Assembly (NCBI GenBank): GCA_964606705.1
Contig: CAZSJF010000002.1
Location: 1-32,383 of the forward strand
Origin: an uncultured Bacteroidales bacterium
GTDB taxonomy: Bacteria; Bacteroidota; Bacteroidia; Bacteroidales; CAZSJF01
Direction: 5' to 3'
Length of the DNA: 32,383 nt
The notes beneath the pieces were generated by a model that worked only from the letters and a program-made list of their open reading frames with translations, had not been told where the DNA came from and did no database searches. A program made the translations under genes and the position numbers. Below, piece by piece: positions 26,296 through 32,383 of this stretch; within the stretch, counting starts at the first letter, position 1; every line of letters begins with the position of its first letter.

Positions 26296-26327
26296 CAGGG
26301 CCTGAGTTTAAAAATTACAATAATTAT

Positions 26328-26765
26328 ATGAAGAAGAAAGTAACAGAACCCAACAATGTTTATACTGCAAGGCTTGTAAAAAGCGAGGACCTGAATCATC
26401 ACAAAACATTATTTGCGGGAAGAATAGCTGAATGGTTTGTTGAAGCCGGCTTTCTGGCTGCTGCAAAACTGTTTGATCCTAAAAGAATTCTTTGCCTTAA
26501 TATACATGGCATGCATTTCACCAAACCTGTACTGGCAGGACAGATACTGGATTTCACTTCAAAAATAGTCTATACGGGAAAAAGCAGTCTAATAGCATAT
26601 ATACAGGTAAAAAAAGATGATGACAATGATCCTTTTGTGAGGGGCTTTATCACCTTTATTTGTGTGGATGAAAACACCAGGCCTGTGCTTCATCATATTG
26701 AGATCAAGCCGAAAACTGAAGAGGATATAACCCTGTACGATAAGGCAAAGTGTTTAAAAAAGTAG
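26328..26765 (+). CDS. Hotdog-fold acyl-CoA thioesterase
   Basis: RLVKSEDLNHHKTLFAGRIAEWFVEAGFLAA plus the size (145 aa) resemble YciA/acyl-CoA hydrolase-type 4HBT proteins. Confidence 0.75.
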   Translation: MKKKVTEPNNVYTARLVKSEDLNHHKTLFAGRIAEWFVEAGFLAAAKLFDPKRILCLNIHGMHFTKPVLAGQILDFTSKIVYTGKSSLIAYIQVKKDDDNDPFVRGFITFICVDENTRPVLHHIEIKPKTEEDITLYDKAKCLKK

Positions 26766-26849
26766 GCCCGGTACAGCTATAAACCTGCAACAACAATTTC
26801 CCTGAATAAATATCTATACAACACTTATCCCGGGAATCAGTTATCTGCA

Positions 26850-27023
26850 TTAATGCTTGTAGATGCGTTTGTCTGTAACAGGCATATTGTGCACGCTGTC
26901 ACAACTGATTATAGTATCCTGCGTGCTTCTGTTCTTATAAGATACAGGCACAGTGGTTTCCTTTTCACATGATGTGAAGGAAAAAGCAAAAATAACAGCT
27001 GATACAATTAATAGTGTTTTCAT
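26850..27023 (-). CDS. Small putative lipoprotein (57 aa), absent from the ORF track
   Basis: My translation is MKTLLIVSAVIFAFSFTSCEKETTVPVSYKNRSTQDTIISCDSVHNMPVTDKRIYKH. It has a signal peptide and an FTSC lipobox, and it lies in a 560-nt otherwise unassigned gap. Confidence 0.4.
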   Translation of the reverse strand: MKTLLIVSAVIFAFSFTSCEKETTVPVSYKNRSTQDTIISCDSVHNMPVTDKRIYKH

Positions 27024-27325
27024 GGCTTTGTTTTTTTATGCCTGCATCCCAGCAGGCGTTATAAAAAACTAAAATTTACTCCAATATATATTCGGAAATT
27101 GCTGAAAACAAATGAAATATACGCCCGCAGGACATAAGCATACAAATGCACAGAAAAAAATAATGAAGCGGGAAGAAGGGTTATTTTATGGCTTTCATAC
27201 AGGTATTGTGATTTTTGTATATCATTTCACACTGTTTGCAGATTAGGCGGCATATTATATATAATATTTTTTTATCTTGCCTCTTTTATTAATATCTTTA
27301 ATCTTAAATTTATCCGGGCAGACAG

Positions 27326-28375
27326 ATGAAAATAAATTTTATAAAAAACCACCCTTTATTTGTCAGAATATCCCTGCATGTTTTATTCTGGATAGTTTAT
27401 TTTATCATTAACACTTTGCTGTACGTTGTGCCTACGGAAAATTCCTTTATGGAGCTTTTGCCCCAGCTGTTAATGTTCCTGCCTGTTGACATGTCTGCCA
27501 CTTATTTCACCCTTTATTTCCTGATGACTAAATTTCTTTTCAAAAAAAGATACGTCTCATTCTCCGCACTTTTTATCATATCCGTGGTCTTTTTTATAAC
27601 TATTGCCCAGGTAATCCGTTACTACATATATGTTCCCCATTATCATCCTGAATATGTCGGGAAGTGGAAGTTTTACCAGTTTGATTATTTTTATATCCTT
27701 GTGGCAACTTATGCTGTTGTGATATTTGCGGCGGCAATCAAGTTGACAAAATACTGGATTAAATATCAGCAGGAACAGGCAGACCTTAAAAGTCAGAATA
27801 TACAGAGCGAACTCGCCCTGCTGAAATCACAGATCAATCCGCACTTTTTATTCAACACGCTGAATAACATCGACTCAATGATACTGAGCGACCGGGACAA
27901 AGCCTCTGATTCAATAATAAAACTCTCCGAAATAATGAGGTATATGCTTTATGAAGCAAATGCTGAAAAAGTACCCCTTGAAAAGGAAATTGAATATATC
28001 AGGAATTTCATAAATCTTCAGTTGCTAAGAGTTTCAGATCAGAATTTTATAAAATTAACAGTAAACGGAAATACTGAAAATAAGTTCATTACCCCGATGT
28101 TATTTATCCCGTTTGTCGAGAATGCGTTCAAGCATGGAAATAAAAATGTCAGAATGCCTGCAGTGTCTGTAAACGTTGACATATCCGACGAAATTCTTAT
28201 TTTTGAAGTTGTGAATTATATAAATAAAGATGCTGTAAGTAAAGACAAAACAGGAGGAATAGGGCTTTATAACGTACGAAAAAGGCTTGATTATATATAT
28301 CGTGAAAAATATGAGCTTTATATTAAAGACACAGATAATATTTTTAAGGTAAAATTAATACTTAAAGAGTTATGA
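27326..28375 (+). CDS. LytS/YehU-type sensor histidine kinase
   Basis: It has an N-terminal multi-TM region, then QINPHFLFNTLNNI (His_kinase domain) and a C-terminal HATPase-like segment (FVENAFKHG...GGIGLYNVRKRL). Confidence 0.85.
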   Translation: MKINFIKNHPLFVRISLHVLFWIVYFIINTLLYVVPTENSFMELLPQLLMFLPVDMSATYFTLYFLMTKFLFKKRYVSFSALFIISVVFFITIAQVIRYYIYVPHYHPEYVGKWKFYQFDYFYILVATYAVVIFAAAIKLTKYWIKYQQEQADLKSQNIQSELALLKSQINPHFLFNTLNNIDSMILSDRDKASDSIIKLSEIMRYMLYEANAEKVPLEKEIEYIRNFINLQLLRVSDQNFIKLTVNGNTENKFITPMLFIPFVENAFKHGNKNVRMPAVSVNVDISDEILIFEVVNYINKDAVSKDKTGGIGLYNVRKRLDYIYREKYELYIKDTDNIFKVKLILKEL

Positions 28376-29112
28376 AAATAAGATGCATTGCAATAGACGA
28401 CGAACCTCTTGCATTGAACAAGATGAAAAACTATATAGGGAAAGTCCCTTTTCTTGACCTTGTTGCAACATTCAACAACGGCATAGATGCAATAAGTTTT
28501 ATAAAAGACAATAAGGTGGATCTCATGTTCCTCGATGTACAGATGGATGAACTGACAGGCATACAGATGCTTGAAACACTAAAGGAAAGGCCGAAAGTGA
28601 TACTGACAACAGCCTATGACTCCTATGCTTTAAAAGGCTATGAACTTGATGTATGCGACTACCTTCTTAAACCTATTTCTTTTGAAAGATTCCTTCAGTC
28701 TGTAAACAAAATCTTTGATCTGCTTAGTAATAAAAATCATGAATCTGTAAAGTTGTCAAGTGAAACCGGACAGGAAAACAAAAAGGAAAAATTTGTTTTT
28801 ATTAAAACAGAATACCGGATGCAAAAGGTTAATTTTGACGATATACTCTACATAGAAGGTATGAAAGATTATCTTCTTATACGCACCATTACTGAAAAAA
28901 TTATGACTTTGCAGAATTTCAGGAAGATGGAAGAGCTTTTACCGCCCGATAATTTTATAAGGACACATAAGTCTTACATGGTAGCAATAAACAAGATAGA
29001 AAGCATAGAAAGAAACCGTATAAAAATTAAAGACAAGCTTATTCCCATAGGAGACACATACAAAAAAGCATTTTCTGATTTTTTTGAAAAGAATAACCTT
29101 AAACTGCAATAG
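28372..29112 (+). CDS. LytR/AlgR-family response regulator (REC + LytTR)
   Basis: The REC domain reads IRCIAIDDEP...DLMFLDVQMDELTG...KP. The LytTR domain reads ILYIEGMKDYLLIRT...IRTHKSYMVAINKI. An ATGA overlap joins it to the kinase gene. Confidence 0.9.
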   Translation: MKIRCIAIDDEPLALNKMKNYIGKVPFLDLVATFNNGIDAISFIKDNKVDLMFLDVQMDELTGIQMLETLKERPKVILTTAYDSYALKGYELDVCDYLLKPISFERFLQSVNKIFDLLSNKNHESVKLSSETGQENKKEKFVFIKTEYRMQKVNFDDILYIEGMKDYLLIRTITEKIMTLQNFRKMEELLPPDNFIRTHKSYMVAINKIESIERNRIKIKDKLIPIGDTYKKAFSDFFEKNNLKLQ

Positions 29113-29121
29113 CGGGTTTTA

Positions 29122-29307
29122 CTATTCAACCACTATTTTACCTGTTTTGATGATCCTGGTTTCACTGTATATAAGGTAAAAATACATGCCTTTCTGCAGA
29201 TACGAAATGTTGATATTATATAAAGCATTTGACCGGAAAGAGCCGCTATAAACATCCCTGCCTTCAATATCTGTAAGTTTAACGGTCAGATTTTCTTTGT
29301 TGCTGTT
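29122..29307 (-). pseudogene. 3' remnant of a T9SS C-terminal sorting domain gene (last 61 codons only)
   Basis: The minus-strand translation NSNKENLTVKLTDIEGRDVYSGSFRSNALYNINISYLQKGMYFYLIYSETRIIKTGKIVVE* matches the distal part of a Por secretion tail. An in-frame TAA lies immediately upstream (29308-29310). There is no start codon and no YPNP motif. Confidence 0.55.
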
Positions 29308-29351
29308 TTAATGAAACCAAGTTTTTCATCTGAATTTTGGACTGTGTCAGG

Positions 29352-30017
29352 TTATTTTTTGGCTCTTATTATTTCTCTTTTCCCTGCAGGGCCGGCAAGT
29401 TTTTCTACCAGAAAGCCGGAAGATTTTAATGCTCTTTTAACATCCCCTTTGGAAGAATAAGTTAGAAGCATGGCTCCATATGTCATGGAATCAAAAAGTT
29501 TTCTGAAGACTTGCTCTGTCCATAGTTCAGGCTGAACATCAGGAGCAAATGCATCAAAATAAACAAGGTGAAATTTTTCTTTCACTAGATCAACATCTTC
29601 AATGCGGTTTTTAATTTTATGGATGGAAAAATTATCTGAAATAAATATATCAGTACCCCATTGTGTTGAATGAATTTTCAGAAAAACATCTTTTGAATTT
29701 TTATAATTTAACAAAACCGGATAATTCAGAATGGAATAAATTTCTTCACTTAAAGGTTCTGGTTCAACTGAAACGTATTTAACTTTCTTTTCTCTCTTCT
29801 CTGCCTCAAAATAAGTAAGCAATGCGTTAAGCCCCGTGCCGAAGCCTATTTCCAGAATATTTACCGCTCCTTCAATAGTTAGTGCATTAAAACCATTATT
29901 AATGAATATATGTTCTGATTCCTGAATTGCTCCGAATGTTGAATGATAATGCTCGTTCAGTTCCGGCACAAAAAGTGTGTGGGAGCCATCCTGTGTTATT
30001 TTTAATTCAGTAGTCAT
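29352..30017 (-). CDS. mnmD: tRNA (mnm5s2U34) methyltransferase, stand-alone MnmC methyltransferase-domain homologue
   Basis: TQDGSHTLFVPELNEHYHSTFGAIQESEHIFI, ILEIGFGTGLNALLT and VYFDAFAPDVQPELWT are characteristic motifs. The ATG at 30017 (MTTELK) avoids overlap with cobO, and the track start is at 30053. Confidence 0.7.
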   Translation of the reverse strand: MTTELKITQDGSHTLFVPELNEHYHSTFGAIQESEHIFINNGFNALTIEGAVNILEIGFGTGLNALLTYFEAEKREKKVKYVSVEPEPLSEEIYSILNYPVLLNYKNSKDVFLKIHSTQWGTDIFISDNFSIHKIKNRIEDVDLVKEKFHLVYFDAFAPDVQPELWTEQVFRKLFDSMTYGAMLLTYSSKGDVKRALKSSGFLVEKLAGPAGKREIIRAKK

Positions 30018-30042
30018 TATTGGGATTTTGAAATACCAGAGA

Positions 30043-30558
30043 TCACTTTTCAATCCCTGCTCTTGCCTTTATGCCTTTCTGATAATAATGTTTTATCTCT
30101 TTCATTTCAGTTACAAGGTCGGCTTTATCGATAAGTTTCTTATTTGCATTACGACCTGTTACAACAACTTCAATATGAGCCGCCCTGCTTTCAATTGCAT
30201 CAATAAGTTCGTCAACACTGAAAAGATTATAATAAACGGCAATGTTAGCTTCATCAAGTATGACAAGCTGATATTTCCCTGACTTTAAAATTTCAGTTAC
30301 TTCTTTCAGTCCTTTTCTTGCAGCCTGTATATCCTCCCTTTTCGGTTCTTTTTTTATAAAGCAATTCAGGCCATACTGTTTAACGGTGATTTGTTTTTTG
30401 AAAACTTTTAAAGAATCAAGCTCGCTGTAATGCATTCCTTTAACAAACTGTGCTATAAAAACTTTCAATCCTGCACCTGCAGCCCTCAGTGCAAGGCCTA
30501 ATGCGGCAGTGGTCTTTCCTTTGCCGTTTCCTGTATAAACATGTATCATGCCTTTCAT
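30043..30558 (-). CDS. cobO: Cob(I)yrinic acid a,c-diamide adenosyltransferase
   Basis: It has IHVYTGNGKGKTTAALGLALRAAGAG (P-loop) and LVILDE. Its 171 aa are typical of CobO/BtuR. Confidence 0.85.
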   Translation of the reverse strand: MKGMIHVYTGNGKGKTTAALGLALRAAGAGLKVFIAQFVKGMHYSELDSLKVFKKQITVKQYGLNCFIKKEPKREDIQAARKGLKEVTEILKSGKYQLVILDEANIAVYYNLFSVDELIDAIESRAAHIEVVVTGRNANKKLIDKADLVTEMKEIKHYYQKGIKARAGIEK

Positions 30559-30566
30559 AAACTTGC

Positions 30567-31895
30567 TTATTTATTATATACCAGATGAATATTAACTATT
30601 GAATCAGGCACTGTTACACTATTGATGAATGTACCGCCGGGGTAAAGATACGCTTTAACTTCATTGGATTCAGCAGTATATACGTAACCACTCAGGGATT
30701 CATACGCGATTTTCCCCGGCTGTATGCCTGTTTTAAATGATGATAAGGATTTATCATAGCTGTTAAATTTTAATATACCCGTCTCATGTGCTATTAAAAA
30801 ATTGGTTTCATCAACTTGTGCAACAGAATATATAAAGCCTGACGGGACAGAAACAGGCTCGGACAAAGTATTGCCATCTATGCTGTATATGTTGATGATA
30901 CCTGTATTATCATTATTTGCAAAAACTATGACACTGTCACCTTTTTCAAAAAGTTCAACGACAGAGTAATCTATCAGTTTCTGGTGCCAGAAGACCTGAG
31001 AAGAATAATAATAAACAGCCAGATATTTATAAGTGTTATAAACATCTTTCAATTCCATGACCAGATAATTATCAATTTTAATGATTTTTGCCGGGTAAAA
31101 ATCACTGTGAATACTGTTGTCCAGGTTTATGCGCAGCTGCAAAGAACTGTTATCGTCAAATGCGTCTATCTTTCCGCTGTAGAAAGAAACATAAAGCCAG
31201 TCGTTGAGATACAGGTTTTCAAAATAAAAATTATCCGGGTTTCCAACCCCGCTTGGTATAGTACTTCCCTGCTGTGTGCATGTGGTTAAATTATACAGAT
31301 TAACGCCGTCAATATACCTGCCTGCTATTGCAAGGTAATCATACTTTGAATTAACCATTGAGGCAGCATAATCCATATCGGCTGTAAATTTATAAGTTGA
31401 AGTAAATGACGAATCTACCTTATAAACAGGAACAGTGCTGCTGCCTGATTTCGTTATTACACACAGATATTGATATTTCAGAGGTATGGCATCTATATTG
31501 ATCCTTCTGTATAAGTTAGTGGTATTAGAGCCATCCATTGCCTGAACCAGAATATAATATTTTCCGCCTTCAAGCATTTTGTCATATATAGGATAGTCTA
31601 TATTGATGTCGTATGTTTTACTTTCCGGATAAATGGAAACAGTGTTTAAAACAGGAATCAGGTTTTCATCCACAAGCTGGACTTTTATGTATTCAAGGGT
31701 CGTTTCATCAGTAACTATAGCTGAAATGGTAATTGTGTCGAGGACATCAAAATAAGTACCTTCAGCAGGCAATGTAATTGTAATTTCAGGAGGGAGTTCG
31801 TCTTTGTCCTTTTTGCAGGAAACAAAAACAGATGATAAAATAATAACCAGTATCAATATTTTTTTATAACCATCCCATTCCTGTAAAGAAGTCAT
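30567..31895 (-). CDS. Hypothetical lipoprotein: Ig-like (DUF4625-like) N-domain plus a probable beta-propeller-like body
   Basis: Lipobox VFVSCKKD is followed by PPEITITLPAEGTYFDVLDTITISAIVTDETTLEYIKVQL (Ig-like) and a long beta-rich region. No catalytic motif was recognised. Confidence 0.6.
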   Translation of the reverse strand: MTSLQEWDGYKKILILVIILSSVFVSCKKDKDELPPEITITLPAEGTYFDVLDTITISAIVTDETTLEYIKVQLVDENLIPVLNTVSIYPESKTYDINIDYPIYDKMLEGGKYYILVQAMDGSNTTNLYRRINIDAIPLKYQYLCVITKSGSSTVPVYKVDSSFTSTYKFTADMDYAASMVNSKYDYLAIAGRYIDGVNLYNLTTCTQQGSTIPSGVGNPDNFYFENLYLNDWLYVSFYSGKIDAFDDNSSLQLRINLDNSIHSDFYPAKIIKIDNYLVMELKDVYNTYKYLAVYYYSSQVFWHQKLIDYSVVELFEKGDSVIVFANNDNTGIINIYSIDGNTLSEPVSVPSGFIYSVAQVDETNFLIAHETGILKFNSYDKSLSSFKTGIQPGKIAYESLSGYVYTAESNEVKAYLYPGGTFINSVTVPDSIVNIHLVYNK

Positions 31896-31904
31896 TGCTG
31901 TGAT

Positions 31905-32306
31905 TTAATAATTTTTAATGAATGGCTTGACAAATCCTTCGCTACGGTCGTTAATCAGGCGGACAAGATAATAACCTGCCGGCAACTCATCGGTTGATAT
32001 TGAAATGACCGATGAAACAATGCGGGATGGCTCTGTTGTTTTCAGCAATTTACCTGTGATGCTGTATATTTCAACAGAACGAATGGTTCGTAAAGAACTA
32101 GGTATGCTTATAAACAGATTATCAGCTACAGGATTTGGGTATAACTGGAAAGACTGATTTGACGAAATGGTATTGTTGACATATGTTGTTAACGGTGAAA
32201 CAACCAGAAGTTGATTTACAAGAGGGTTTGTAACAACTGTATTTTCATACATATTCGGCCACTGAACAACGACAGAGTCAACAGTAGTGTTTGTGTCGAT
32301 AGAAAA
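31905..32306 (-). CDS. T9SS cargo protein, C-terminal part only (5' end lost at the fold-back and contig end)
   Basis: The CTD is QLYPNPVADNLFISI...GYYLVRL. The minus-strand frame stays open upstream of the track Met (32252) through 32306 and on to the window end, where the sequence becomes an inverted copy of itself. Confidence 0.6.
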   Translation of the reverse strand, partial: FSIDTNTTVDSVVVQWPNMYENTVVTNPLVNQLLVVSPLTTYVNNTISSNQSFQLYPNPVADNLFISIPSSLRTIRSVEIYSITGKLLKTTEPSRIVSSVISISTDELPAGYYLVRLINDRSEGFVKPFIKNY

Positions 32307-32359
32307 GTTCAGTGGCCGAATATGTATGAAAATACAGTTGTTACAAACCCTCTTGTAAA
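32215..32359. repeat. Perfect 53-bp inverted repeat (arms 32215-32267 and 32307-32359, 39-nt loop), a fold-back at the contig end
   Basis: TTTACAAGAGGGTTTGTAACAACTGTATTTTCATACATATTCGGCCACTGAAC and its exact reverse complement were read directly from the sequence. Confidence 0.9.
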
Positions 32360-32383
32360 AAACAACCCAAACACACCCAACAC
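32360..32383. other. Terminal tail AAACAACCCAAACACACCCAACAC, adaptor- or primer-like, sharing an 18-mer with the metK insertion
   Basis: Positions 32366-32383 are the reverse complement of 17198-17215. The tail is not part of the fold-back arms. Confidence 0.6.

Noticed and set aside
27036-27055. Hairpin GCCTGC-ATCCCA-GCAGGC as a terminator.
   Set aside because: It is not followed by a T-tract on either strand, and it lies upstream (not downstream) of the small lipoprotein ORF.
27112-27246. 44-aa plus-strand ORF (MKYTPAGHKHTNAQKKIMKREEGLFYGFHTGIVIFVYHFTLFAD) in the gap upstream of the sensor kinase.
   Set aside because: It has no signal peptide or lipobox, no recognisable motif and no obvious promoter box. 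It cannot be distinguished from a chance ORF without conservation or expression data.

Overview
AT-rich contig of Bacteroidota type, judged from Type IX secretion (T9SS) C-terminal sorting domains (CTDs) on 7 intact genes plus 1 remnant, gldA and gldH homologues, and TAnnTTTG -7 boxes. The left third (0-14 kb) is mostly secreted or surface proteins: a clan GH-A-like glycosidase, an SBBP beta-propeller repeat protein, a ComEA-like HhH outer-membrane protein coupled to a PorV/PorQ-like barrel, a C10 cysteine peptidase with PKD and BNR-like propeller domains followed by a free-standing paralogue of that propeller, and a FISUMP-domain protein. The middle (14-21 kb) is housekeeping: gldA, a TPR membrane protein, metK, apt, gldH and uvrC. 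The most interesting region is a lower-GC island at about 21.5-26.0 kb that looks like restriction-modification. An XRE-HTH, an Eco57I/TaqI-type N6-adenine methyltransferase (MTase) with an inserted Cys4 ribbon, and a D12-class adenine MTase form one operon. It converges on a small C-protein-like HTH plus an HNH nuclease that has an unrecognised N-terminal domain of about 190 aa. Each operon has its own palindromic operator over a -7 box. The right side holds a hotdog thioesterase, a LytS/LytTR two-component pair, a T9SS CTD gene remnant, mnmD, cobO, a lipoprotein and a truncated T9SS cargo gene. There are two probable technical problems. metK is broken by a 25-nt GT-rich insertion that shares an exact 18-mer (reverse complement) with the last bases of the window. 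Those last bases follow a 53-bp fold-back inverted repeat. No rRNA, tRNA, CRISPR array or transposase was recognised.
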